A stretch of DNA of 64,000 bases from the human T2T-CHM13v2.0 reference genome, Homo sapiens. The notes below the pieces were generated by a model. It ran no database searches. It saw only the letters and a program-made list of their open reading frames with translations, and was not told the origin of the DNA. The stretch is from assembly GCF_009914755.1 (NCBI RefSeq), contig NC_060948.1; one strand, written 5' to 3'. Each line of letters starts with the position of its first letter. Position 1 is the stretch's first letter. Below are positions 1 through 12,074 of the stretch, in pieces. A program made the position numbers and the translations under genes.

Positions 1-164
1 CAACTCCTGCTTACTCTTAAAACCACTCCTCTGCTCATTTATTTTAGTATAACTCACCTGCATGCCCCCAAGTCTTAGTTGAGAACCCCATTTCTATGGT
101 CTCAAACACCTGCTATTCCCTGCATCTTAGCAGTTAGCATATAATATCCACCTGGATGTTTACA

Positions 165-310
165 TTTCTTCCTTATTTGCTAAATTTCCAAGAGCAGAGA
201 CCATGTCTATTTTGTTTTTGGCTACATTCCCAAACCAAGGCACAGTGACTTACACCTAGCAGGTGCTCAGTAAGTATTTGTTCAATACGTGGATGAATGA
301 GTGAATGAAA
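165..310 (+). mobile_element. L2 LINE 3' end remnant
   Basis: Ends in '...caggtgctcagtaagtatttgttcaatacgtggatgaatgagtgaatgaa', the typical L2 3' terminus with a (TGAA)n tail. Confidence 0.75.
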
Positions 311-371
311 TTATATCATGTCTAGAGATCTTTCTAGTCCATTTTAAAGCTGACATTTCCAAGATAGTTGG

Positions 372-817
372 TGTGGTAGATGTCATAACACATGACCTCA
401 CCTCCTCTCATAAATAAAGGACTTATTCTGCAGCTGCTGGGACTGCTGCCAGTAGAAAATCCTCAGTAGTCATCCCCTTTGAGGATGCCTCGGCTAAAGA
501 AGAGTGCCGGGAACAAGGTTATGCCCACTTCCCAAGATGATATGCAGCCAAATACTGATCCTTATAGGAGCATAAAGGCCTGCTTCTTGCCCTAATTCAG
601 GGCAGCTCTGAAGGGTCACCCCATTTGCAGAACTCCATAGAGACTAAATTCAGTCATTCCAATCAGAATGCATTGCAGCTTTACCACTCCCTATTCTTTA
701 TTTAACTCTCTTCACTTTCCTACCACAGGAATTGAATTGAATCTAAGAGCATTCTATAACAGAGTACTTCTAACCTCTGTCTCAGAGTCCATGTTCTAAG
801 GAACCCAACCTGTGAAA
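372..817 (+). mobile_element. Old ERVL solo LTR (LTR16-like)
   Basis: Starts 'tgtggtag' and ends 'tctcagagtccatgttctaaggaacccaacctgtgaaa', which resembles the recalled LTR16 3' end. Confidence 0.55.
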
Positions 818-974
818 GTTAGAGAATGGAGAAATTTAGTGTTTGTTAAAATTTCAATAAATTATTCTGATTATTTTTGTATTGATTATCTGCATTTGTC
901 CCTGCCCCCAACCCCATTCCTATATCCATTATTTACCCCTCTCTGTTCTGGTCTTGACCCAGGAGACTGACCTT

Positions 975-1387
975 GGTGGAATTCAGGGTATGATACCTCA
1001 AAATATGGCACCTTGGCATTTGAGTCCTAAGACCCTCATTTAAGAGATTCTCTCTATCTGTCTGAAGGAAAGAAACATTCTTATCTCAGAAAACACAGGA
1101 ACATAAAGAAAAATGTGAACAAACAATCCTTGATAACTTCCCCCAAGCTAATTATCATTAGATTATAGCATTTAGTCTTCTAATTATATTTCTCCATGAC
1201 GATGCACTCTTCATCACTCTTCAAAAGGTTTACCTGTTTCTTTGGGTTTTTATGTCTAAGGATTCCTGTGTCACGTAAAACTTATATCAAATATATTTAT
1301 AGGTTTTTCTCATGTTAGTTTGCCCTTTGGTAAAGAAGCCTCAGACACAACCTAACATGAGAAGAAATGACATATTTCTTTCCTACA
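975..1387 (+). mobile_element. ERV1 MER4-group solo LTR (MER34/MER39-like)
   Basis: 5' 'ttcagggtatgatacctcaaaatatggcaccttggcatttga', internal 'cctgtgtcacgtaaaacttata', 3' 'tttctttcctaca'. Confidence 0.6.
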
Positions 1388-1513
1388 ACATCCATGTCAG
1401 AATATGCTTCCTGCGCTACCTTGCTGGTCTTGTTCCCAGCTGTGTTAAGCCAGGGGAAGGCAGAAGCAAGAGATAGGATAATGAGAAAAAAGAGGCCGTG
1501 AGGGTCTTTTTTT

Positions 1514-1770
1514 ATGTTTTCTGACATCAATTCTGACACAAAATATATGATTTTATTCTGACAACAAATAAATGTATTTTTCCACACCATTTCTGCAATT
1601 CTCCAATACCAACAAAGTGTTTGAAAATTCAATTCAATTCTCTCACTAACTTCTGTTAGTGGCAGTACCCTATGGGGCAGTAACCCCATAGGTTAAGCAC
1701 AGAGCTCTGTAGGAGCACAGAGCTCCTAAAACCAGAAACAAAGACCAAATACATTTTTTATTACACCACA
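1514..1770 (-). mobile_element. MER21-type LTR, internally deleted
   Basis: Reverse complement starts 'tgtggtgtaataaaaaatgtatttggtctttg'; 'aattcaattcaattctctcactaac' matches the MER21 3' part. Only ~260 bp remain. Confidence 0.65.
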
Positions 1771-4642
1771 GTATTTTTTTTAACCTGCTCCATTCTTGCC
1801 TCCATATTACATTTTTTAACAGGAGATGCTATTCTTTGAATTGCTCATTGCTTTACAGTTGTTCACTACAATCTGACTCCTGTTGGGCTTTGATACTACT
1901 ATACTATTCTCTCCTTTTTCCCCTTCTGGTTTAAGGAAAATAGTGTCTTCCTGCTGTTGCTTATCTTAGTAACTCAGCATTCCTAGTTGGTTCTATCTTG
2001 CCAACAGTTGATAGGGGTGTGGGAGGAGATAGTATTTCCACTCCCTTCCCTCTTCTTTACCAGTTGTCAAGTGAAACGTAAGGTGAATTCCATAGTTGTT
2101 CAGAATGCTGTGAGGGAGTCCCATCCTACATTTGGTTAGATTTAAGAAAATCTCTTTCCACTATACCATTTTACAAGAGGAATAACCTGTTTTGAGTTCA
2201 CTTGTATTTTCCTGACTGCCTTGCAATTTGTTTCTCATTAAACTCAGATGTGCCTTTCTTTGCCCTCACGCATTGAGATTTGGCCTTTTCCACTTTTGAA
2301 CTGAGCCCAGAGACCAGAACATTTTTAATTATCAATTAAAAAGTGATGAGGAATCACTAACCAACTCGTTTGTAATGACTGCTTGTCAGGTTACTGTTAC
2401 TGTCCTCTTGACTATGAAAACTGTAGCATACAATAGCAGTACATTTGTTCAACTGTCCGAGTAATCTGCAAAAAGATTATGGCTCTCTAGATTACTTTTT
2501 TAAAGAAAGAGATTAAAAGCTTTACCTCATCATTTAATTTAAAATTAGGTTAAAGTTCTTTTTAATTTATGGGAAGGGGTCATTGACAAAGAGTTCAAAT
2601 AACAATTTTTATAAACATGTTTGATGAGGGCTACATATTGAAGAGTAGTTGCAAATAAATTATTACACAAGAGTAATTGAGCTCACCGTGTCCCTGAAAT
2701 TGACAGACCACATGCATAGTAATTTTCTCTGTTTAGAGAAACTATATAATTAGCCTTAACAAGTAAAGGGAAGAAAGGGATTAACTTTTTGCAAGATGAT
2801 TCTATTAAAGCAGTGCTGTGGGATTTGAAATTTGAACATAGAGCTATTCATTGAAATTCTAAAATAGTTGACATGAGGGAAAATATATTGAAAGATATTT
2901 GGAATTTCTAATTGTACCTGCCCCGATCTCTGGCCAAAGGGCAGCCTTATGGGTCAAAATGGTCTAGAGTTTGTCCCTTGTTATTTGTTACCAGTAAAAG
3001 AATGGTTTAGAATAGGCTTAATGGAGGAATCAGTTAAAGAGTTTTTCTTCTACTAACTCTTGACACAATGAACCCACCATATCAGTCATCACGTAAATGT
3101 CCATAAACCTTGAAAAAGGATCTGATAGTTTGACTCTGTTGACATCTTAGACTCTTTTTGCTGCATTCTTTTCTTCCACATTTCTTTTCTTTTTCCCTTC
3201 CTCCTTTCTTCCTTCCTTTCTTCTGTTCATCATTTCTTCTTAGCTTATTTATACTAGTAATATGAAAATACTTTTTTTATGTAATCGGTATTACATAACA
3301 ATATATAACTATATCTAATGTATATATATTATATATAGAGAGACAGCACAAAACTTTATTTGCAATTCTCTTTTAGTTGTTTTCCTATTGTGATGATAGG
3401 TAACATTATAATTTCCACAACACTGCTGCTGCTGCATGTGATTATTTCTGCTTTCTCAAAATGATGGAAACAAAATTTAAGTGAAATTACAAGCTTCTGA
3501 AAGTTGCACAGACATTGACCAGCCATAACTGCTTCAGAAGGAATATAACAGGGAAAATTGTCAATTACCAGACATTTTTTGAAAAGGCTTTTTTTTTTTC
3601 CCAAAGCCATCACAAGAGCTCCTATGTTGTCAGAGCAATATCACTTTTTTTATCTCATGGCATCACTTAGGGCTGGTTTGTTTGTTTCAACAGCTTTATT
3701 AAGTTATAATTGATTTCCAAAAACCTCATATATTTAATTTATATAATTTGATGAGTTTGAACATGGACATACACTCCTTAAACCATCACAACAATGAAGG
3801 TAATAAAAGTCTTCATCACCTCCCCAAGTTTTCTCATATTTCTTGTTTGTGTGTACATATGTGTGCACGTGCACACATGTGTGGGAAGAACACAACATGA
3901 GAACTACCCTCTTAAGAACTGCTTTAAGTGTAAAATATAGTATCGTTTACTGTATGCACTATGTTTTGGAGCAGATCTATAGAAGTTATTTAACTTGCAT
4001 AACAAACATTATTGCCATTAAATAACAACTCCCTATCTTTCTTCTCCCCAGCCTCTGGCAACCACCATTCTACTCTCTGCTTCTATGAGTTTATTTTCGA
4101 TTTCAAATATAAGTGAAAAAAGAACCATGCAGTGTTTATCCTTCTGTGTGGATGACTTGTTTTACTTAGCATTATGCCCTCCAGGGTCACCCATGTTGTC
4201 ATATATGGCAGAATTTCTTTTTTAATGCTGAATAATATTCCAATGTACATATATATTATGTTTTATTTTTCCATTCATCTGATGATAGACATTTAGGTTG
4301 TTTCTATATCTCAGCTATTGTAAATAATGCTGCAATTAACCTGGAAGTGAAGATATAACTTTAAGATACTGATTTCAGTAATTTTGGATAAGTATCCAGA
4401 ACTGGGATTGCTGTATCATATGGTTGTTTCATTATATTTGCTTTTTATGAAATTTCATATGATTTTTCATATCAAAAACACCATTTTATATTCCCACCAA
4501 CAATGTGCAAGTGTTCCCACTTCTCTACAACTTCAACAACACTTGATATATTTTGGTATTTTTTTGAAAATACCATTGTAAGAGATGTGAGATGGTATTT
4601 GATTGTGATTTTGATTTGCATTTCTCTGATAATTAGTGACGT

Positions 4643-5323
4643 CGTTACAGATAGTTAGGCATGAGTGGGGCAGGAGAGGGCTCTCCCCCAACCCACTAGA
4701 ATGTCAGGTGATGGTCTGGCAATTACTGCATTGCCTCTTTAATTTGGTAATGCCAGAGGAAGGTCATTTCCTGATGGTCCAAACCTGTTAATATCAAAAT
4801 ATTAATTGAATGCATGCCCAAGGGAGAAGCAACTTCCTGCACATGAGCATTAAGAAACAAAAATGGTGAAGTATGATCTTCCGCGGGCACATTCCACCAG
4901 AAAAGGGAAGAAAACCTCAGATGGACAGGCTCATAATTCCCTTAACACACTGCGCATGCTCAACTCCAAAGAGTAAGGAAAGTACTGAGCATGTGGGAAG
5001 CCCACTCTAAGGGAAGAATCATGTGGAAGAGGCGAGCTTATAGAAGTCCTAGGATCAAGGTTAAACAGGGCACTTGACTTTCTCTTTCACCTTCACATGC
5101 CCGCTTGGGTTTCTTCCAAGTGCATCGTCCTTTCTTTCCTGTTCTAAGGCCTTTTGAAATAAACTTCCACTTCTGCTCTGGAACTTGTCTCAGTCTCTTT
5201 TTCTGCTTTATGCTCCTCAGTTGAATTCTTTCTTCTGAGGAGGCAAGAACTGAAGATGCTCCGAATCTGTAAGAATAGACCACCAGTAACTTGGGGTAAC
5301 TCGGTTCTTTTCCAATAACAACA
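4643..5323 (+). mobile_element. MER50-family ERV1 solo LTR
   Basis: Starts '(c)gttacagatagttaggcatgagtggggcaggagagggctctccccc', has AATAAA near 5158 and ends 'aaca'. Degenerate 4-bp TSD acgt/atat, from the host L1 'atgt'. Confidence 0.75.
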
Positions 5324-6304
5324 ATATTGAGCACTTTTTTATATATCTGTTGGTCAACTGTATGTCTTCTTTGGAAAAATGTCTAACTATTAAGGTATCT
5401 ATTAGATGTCTATCTAGTAAATTGTTTTATTTGGTTTTGTTCCTTTTTTTTTTTTTTTGCTGTTGAGTTAAAGGAGTTACTTATGCATTTTAAGTATTGT
5501 CCTGTTATGATACATCATTTGCAAATATTTTCTCCCATTCCTTAGGTTATCTTTTCATTCTGTTAACCGTTTTCTTTACTATTCGGAAGCTTTCTTATTC
5601 TTATGTAGTCCCATGTGTTTATCTTTGCTTTCATTGTCTGAGCTTTTGGTGTAATATCCAAAAAAATTATTACCAAGGCCAGTGTCACGAACTGTTTTTC
5701 TTCCCAATATTTTCTGTAAAACTGTAGCCTTAAAATTTCCGGTTTTTTGTTTAGATTTTTAATTCATTTTGAGTGAATTTTTGTGTATGGTATAATAAAA
5801 AGTATTCAATTGCATTCTTCTGCATGTAAATATTATTTTCTCAACAGAATTTGTTGAATAGAGTGATATTTTCCTGATTAGGTAACCTTGGCACCCTTGT
5901 GAAATGTCAGGCAACTGCATCTACATGAGTTTATTTCTTGGCTGTCTATTCTCTTCCATTGGACTATATGTCTATTTTTATGCCAGTACCATACAGTGGT
6001 AACTATAGTAACTTTGTTCTATATTTTGAAATGAGAAAGTGTGATACCTCCAGATTTCTTTCCTTCCCAAAATTGTTTTGACTGACTACAGATTTTATGG
6101 TTGCATTTGAATTTTAGGATTCTTCTCTATGGAAAAAATGTCATTGGGATATTTATGGGGATTGCATTGAATCCATAGATTACTTTTGGTAGTATGCATA
6201 TTTTAACAATATTAATTCTGCCAATCTATGGAAATGGAATATCTTTCTATTGGTGTCTACCTTAGTTTCTTTAATCAATGTTTTATAGATTTTGGCATAC
6301 AAAT

Positions 6305-6634
6305 TGTTGCAGAACTTTTCCTTAGTTCAGCTAAAGATGAGGTCCTTGTCTGTCCCATGGTCATGAAGATTTAGGCTCATAGACAATTTGAAGGGTGAGT
6401 AAAGCAGGGTTTTATTCAGTGAAAAGGAAGAAAAGGGGGAAAAAGAGACTCTCACAAGGCCAGAGTCTCTACTAGAGTGCTTCCCACCTGGCCATTTGAA
6501 TCTCAGTTTCCACACAGGAAGAGAAGGGGCCAAGTTCCTCCCTGCTGCAAATGTTGTGAAATTCCTAAGTTTCCACCTCAGTGGGCAGGCTGGTTGGAGT
6601 TTCTCCAGGGACTCCTTTCCAACTGGCTGTCTCA
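6305..6634 (-). repeat. 3' LTR (MER61-type)
   Basis: Minus strand reads TGAGACAGCCAG...GCAACA, with AATAAA at 6411-6416. It is preceded by the polypurine tract 'agagggggaaa' (6635-6645). Confidence 0.9.
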
Positions 6635-6972
6635 TTTCCCCCTCTAAAGACATGCATCTAACTGCCCTTAGATTAAGGATAAAGACAAAGATGAACTTAA
6701 CTGCTTCCTGCTGACAGGGGTTGCTGTTTGGGGGAAACGGTAGTCAGAGCTCCCTCAAAGTCCTATCTAAGGGATCCCAGCAGAAGGGGCCATCATCAGA
6801 GGCTCAGGTTGCATGACTGTTTTGAGTGTGATGTCCTGAAGGCAAGAACAGATGAACCAGGTTATTAGAAAACATGAATCAAAACAAAACAAGAGAAGGG
6901 AGAAGGACAGCTGAAAGATCCCAAGGCCTTTTACCAGTTTGTACAGGGAGAGGGAGGTCAAAAGCCCAACCG

Positions 6973-7004
<32 letters not shown>

Positions 7005-7069
7005 CTTTACCCTTTTGCCAGCAAGTTGGGCTTCTGGGTTCCCTTCCCCTGGGCCCAACCTTAAGTCAA

Positions 7070-7157
7070 CCAGTTTAAGGTTTAGGAAATTACTCTTTAT
7101 AGTTTGGAAGATGCATCTGAAGGGAGTGTCCCATAGTATGGAGAAACAATTACCTAT
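7070..7157 (-). pseudogene. Gag matrix N-terminal remnant
   Basis: Translates as (I)GNCFSILWDTPFRCIFQTIKSNF, resembling class I ERV Gag starts (MGN...TPLRCIL). The start codon position reads ATA. Confidence 0.45.
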
Positions 7158-9271
7158 CAATGAAGAGACTCCTGAGGAGGAGAAAGGAATAAAAAGATGG
7201 CATTTTTTCAAAGGAGCCACAGGGGCTCAGGATGCATTTGAAAGGGGTACAGACTAAAGATGAATGGCTACCTATCTAGAAAGACAGGAGCAGGCATGCC
7301 TGGTTCCCTTCTCTTCCTAGCAGATACCCGGAGGTAAATGAGGTAGGAAGAGGAGAGGGTCCTATTTCCCTCTTCTGTCCTTGCATCCCCGAGTTCCAGT
7401 GACCTTGGCAGGTGCTGTCATAGATGTCAAAGAGACTTGCACCCATGAAGCAGGGAGACCTAGAGAATAAGAATTATCCACTCTCACCTATGTCCCTTTC
7501 CAATCTACTGTCAGTAGCCTTAGAGTTCCCTAGACCTCATTTATGCCATGGGTATTAACACAGTTTTTATTCATGAAACAGGAAGTTTGGGGTTGGCTTA
7601 ATTGGCAGGAAACAGCCACACTCACCTGCACTGTGCCTTTTAACCTCTGTTGTCATTTGCCTCTGGATCCCTCAGATCCAGTTTTCTTTCCTAGGGCTTT
7701 GACCCGAAGCTTGGAATTGAGTTTGGGACAAAAATGTTTCTCAGGGCGGTGGGGGTGGGGGTTGCATGGACTCCTTATGATAAGCTAAAGGCTAAGATGA
7801 AACTGTGGAACTGAGTTCTCCTCCAGCAAGGGAGAGGAAAGAATGTCTTGTGACACACTCAGATAACTGATAGCTATAGTTATGCTTGCTAGGATTTGGG
7901 TGCACGGTGCTTGGCTTTTGTTACCTTCCTTGGTCTTACTTTCCCAGAAGGAAACTTCTGGGTGATGGGCACCCTATTTATTCCTTATTTATTCTAACAC
8001 CTGGCAAGATTTGCAGGATAATTGCTCGGAACTAGAATATTGACACCGATTTGTACATTACCCATCCCTTTTGTTCTTTCTGAGCTGCAGCTGGAGATTG
8101 CTGGTAGGTTCACAGGAACAAGCAGAGTTAATCTAAAATGTAGGCAAAAACTTAAAAAGAACTAATGAGTTTAGAATTTAGTGACAAACGTATGGTAAGT
8201 TTTGGAACATAATGTCTCCCTCTCCAGTCCTCATTTTTGTTAAGAAACAAATGATCATAGGACTGAGTTATTCAAATAGATTTTAGTCTTATACTTGGCC
8301 TGATTATTTGCATAAAATGGAGCAAGAATAATTATTTCTACATAGGCCTTTTGGATTACCTTTGATGGAATTCTCTCTTTTCCACAAGGAATCTCAAATA
8401 AGACCTTTTAAAGCCAAGCCAAACCATGGGTTTGTATCTTCAAATACCTGTGAGTAGGGTGATCCTCACCTCTTAAGGTTCCAAGATAAACTTGGAGCTC
8501 CTACACCTGTTTGAAACTGACATTCTTTACTGACAACAAGTCAGGAACCCTGTACAAGGGCTGCACAGACAAGGATATGAGGCCAGTTTCCCCACTGGGC
8601 TTCTACTGGCTCTGTAAGTTGAGCTTGACTCTTCGAAGGGAAACATACCCTTCCAATCTAAGACTTGATAAAATGACCACTTTCTCAAGTTGTGTTCTGT
8701 TACAAAAGAAAAATGAATTCTTCTTGCACTGATGCAATTATATTGCCATAAGTTAGGAATACTCACAGAGAGTTTCTAAATTTTAGAGTAACCAGGAAGA
8801 GAGTAACAAACATGCTCCAAATTTTGTTCATAGGAGTTTATCTTACTCAATTATTGAAGACTGTAAATAGTTCAAAATAAGTTTCCTTCACTATGAAAAA
8901 CAAAACAAGGATCAGCAATATTCCAACCAAAAATCGAAAAGGTTTCTTCAGCTTTCTGAGTTCAGTTCATTTAGTTAACTCTTGTTTTGCTTGATATTCA
9001 TGAACATTTCAGTTCTTCCTTAGTCCTTACATTTTCCTTTATTCCATTGTTACAATTTACAAAGTTACCAGCAGCCTGTACTTGGGAGCACCTTTTATAG
9101 TTCTGTAGCTCATTAGAAACCATCTTTAAAAAAAATTAAAACAAGACAACAATTGTCTGTGAATAGCAAAATGTCCAGGGTAGTTACAATTAGATACGCA
9201 ATTGAAAAAAAATTTGGTTATCTCCGTGGTTTACAATAACGTAACACAAAAACCTTAATTATGATTGATAG

Positions 9272-10012
9272 TGTGTCCAGAATTGGTTCTTTCTGATGGG
9301 TTCTTGGTCTCACTGACTTCAAGAATGAAGCCGCAGACCCTCACTGTGAGTGTTACAGTTCTTAAAGATGGTGTGTGTGCAGTTTGTTCCTTCAGATGTT
9401 CAGATGTGTCCGGAGTTTGTTCCTTCAGATGTTCAGATATGTCCAGAGTTTCTTCCTTCCAGTGGGTTCATGGTCTTGCTGACTTCAGAAGTGCAGCCAC
9501 AGACCTTTGTAGTGAGTGTTACCGCTCTTAAAAGTGGCTGGTCCGGAGTTGTTTGTTCCTCCTTGTGGGTTCGTGATCTTGCTGACTTTAGGAGTGAAGC
9601 CACAAGCCTTCATGGTGTTACAGCTCATAAAGGTAGTGCAGACCCAAAGGGTGAGCAGCAGCAAGATTTGTTATGAAGAGCAAAAGAACAAAGTTTCCAC
9701 AGCATGGAAGGGGGCTGGAACGGGTTGCTGCCGCTGGCTCCGGTGGCCAGCTTTTATTCCCTTATTTGGCCCCACCCACATCCTGCTGATTGGTCCATTT
9801 TACAGAGTGCTGATTGTTCCATTTTACAGAGTGCTGATTGGTCCATTTTACAGAGTTCTGATTGGTGCGTTTTTACAGAGTGCTCATTGGTGTGTTTACA
9901 ATCCTTTAGCTAGACACAGAGCACTGATTGGTGCATTTATAATCCTTTAGCTAGACACAAAAGTTCTCCAAGTCCCCACCCCACCCAGAAGGCCAGCTGG
10001 CTTCACCTTTCA
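9272..10012 (-). mobile_element. LTR12-family (ERV9) solo LTR nested in the provirus
   Basis: Minus strand runs 'tgaaaggtgaagccagctgg' to 'ccaattctggacaca', with tandem CCAAT units and U5 repeats. 4-bp TSD atag/aaag. Confidence 0.92.
9753..9931 (-). promoter_or_regulatory. LTR12 U3 NF-Y (CCAAT) array and AATAAA TATA-like box
   Basis: ATTGG at 9789, 9837, 9861, 9886 and 9927, plus a mutated copy at 9813 (about 24-bp period). TTTATT at 9753-9758. Confidence 0.7.
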
Positions 10013-11755
10013 AAAGCATATACTCAGACATTAGAATTTTAGAAATCCCATACAATTTTGAAACATATATTAGCATTATTCACCAAGATATAACCTAAAG
10101 AAGACTGAGCATCATTTTGGCCATCTCGGGTACCTAAACATGTGAAATAATCCTGTTTACCTCTCTTTTCTGGACACTTTGGGGGCCCTTTGAAGTAGCC
10201 ACAGTAGCCCTCTGAAAAGCCAGGTGCCACAGAAGACAATTGTGCAACACAAGTTTGATTTGGGGAAGGCTGTTAAATGTTCGAGGTTTAAAACACTTGA
10301 TATTAAGAAATAGAATTCCAGATTACCATAAGTTATTTATTTTGATAAAGTGATGACTCAAGTTTTAAAGAAGGAGAAACCTTTCATAACCTTTTATAAA
10401 TTTTGCCAAAAAGCAGATTAGTACCTTAGGAAAACCTTGTTATGCTTTTATTTCAATGCTCAATTTACAGACAAACCATATAATACCCTTTTTTTGAATT
10501 TAGTCAATATGTTCACACAGAGAACCTCTTCTGCAAGATTAATTCCCACAATTCTTCCACCACTTCTTTGAACCTTCAGCTTTTTCCTAATTTAACTCAA
10601 AACAGTCCTTTAACTCTAGGCAAAAGTTTACATTTCCATGCCTTCTTATAACCTTTTACTAAAAAACACATTTTACTGTTCTTATACACCTTGCATGTAA
10701 ATCTATTTCTAGTAGTTTCAATTAACTCCTGGAAATTTTTAACTTTAAGGTAAAACTTGGTAAGTTGCTTTTATTGTGTGCTAACTGCAGTCAAGGTTTG
10801 CCTTCTTAGTTAAGGGCGTTGTTAGTTCCATATGTCCCCAGGCCTTACCAATTGTGAAGCCAGCAAGTCAAATAGTTCCCAAAAGCCAAAAAGCAGTTTT
10901 TAACCTCAAAACACTTAGCAAATCTTGCATCTGACGTGCATTTTGCCAATGGTCTTAAGGGCTGTTTTTGTTTCTCAAAGATTAAAATCACATGAACTGA
11001 AAGGTTCCACAGCTTTTAACTTCCCTGTAAAAAATATTAGATCCAAGCGCTTGTCTTTCTTTAGGCCAAATTAATTAGATATCTCTTTTTACAGATATCA
11101 AGCACAGTACACACACAGGCAGAAGAAAACCTAGTTGCTGGGTGGGGCCCTCTAAGAGACAGGGCTAGGAAAACATGCGGATATCAAACCAGAAAGAAAC
11201 TTACTTCCTAAGGCAGGATTGCTAAACAAAGCCTTGACACTGGAGTTACAAGCCACGCCCTCAGGATGTAAAACAAGATGAAAGATTGATTTCACAATGA
11301 AAACTTTGCAGAGAATACACACAGTGATAGTTGGTGGGGGGTGGGGGGGAGTGGGGTATGGCCTGGTAAAATGTGTCCTAAAAGAAAAAAAAAAAAATTA
11401 ACTGCGGACAGGATGGAGAAGAGGAAAAAAGAAAGAGTTTTAGACTGCCTGGGGAAGAATCTCTTACTCTTATGCAACTGGTTCCTCCACCAGGGAGAAA
11501 AGTTTAATTACTGTCTGATGGAGAAGGAAAACCCCTTGGCTGGGGAAGGAGAAGGCTGAGAACCAGCACAGCCAGCTGTGTGAGACCCTTGGGCCATGCG
11601 ACCCAGCCCCAGCCTGGAGAGGGAAGCGGCTGGCCGACCCCCGGTTGTAACAGGGTGTAGGGGTGCAGTTCCCCGTAAGCTCAGAAGTCCAAGGATGAAA
11701 AGGCTGAGAAACCAGTGAGAGATTTTGAGTCCCCATTTTACGCACCGCTTCTCGA

Positions 11756-11774
11756 GCCTCCATATTGTGCGCCA
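11756..11774 (-). other. Primer binding site, tRNA-Lys(CUU)-like
   Basis: TGGCGCACAATATGGAGGC lies 4 nt from the 5' LTR; the Lys1,2 PBS is TGGCGCCCAACGTGGGGC. Confidence 0.7.
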
Positions 11775-11778
11775 AAAA

Positions 11779-12074
11779 TATTGCAAGACTTTTCCTTAGT
11801 TCAGGTAAAGATGGGGTCCTTGTCTGTCCCATGTTTGAAGGATGAGTGAAGCAGGGTTTTGTTGGGTGAAAAGGAAGAAAAGGGGGAAATCGGGACTGTC
11901 ACAAGGCCAGAGGGCCTGCTACAGTGCTTCTAGCCAGGCCATTTGAATCTGTTTCCACACTGGAAGAGGAGGGGCCAGGCTCCTCCCTGCTGCAAATGTG
12001 GTGAAATTTGGAGACTCCACCTCAGTGGGCAGGCTGGTTGGAGTTTCTCCAGCGACCTCTTCCCACCTGTCTCA
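11779..12074 (-). repeat. 5' LTR (MER61-type)
   Basis: Homologous to 6305-6634, with a ~27-bp deletion and AATAAA changed to AACAAA. Confidence 0.9.

Larger units (their letters stand above)
895..2005 (+). mobile_element. LTR33-like ERVL LTR, interrupted by two younger LTRs (~975-1387 and ~1514-1770)
   Basis: Motifs 'cccaggagactgacc', 'gcagaagcaagagataggataatgagaaaaaagaggc' and 'ccccttctggtttaagg...cttcctgctgttgctta' are colinear with the recalled LTR33 consensus across the insertions. Confidence 0.5.
6305..12074 (-). mobile_element. Two-LTR non-autonomous ERV1 provirus (MER61 / MER61-int, MER4 group)
   Basis: Direct-repeat LTRs at 6305-6634 and 11779-12074, perfect TSD AAAT (6301-6304 and 12075-12078), PBS next to the 5' LTR, PPT next to the 3' LTR, no pol or env ORF. 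Confidence 0.9.

Noticed and set aside
9265-9950. ORFs with repeated peptides; CRISPR-like periodicity
   Set aside because: These are the intrinsic LTR12 U3/U5 tandem repeats. There are no unique spacers or cas genes, and the context is eukaryotic.
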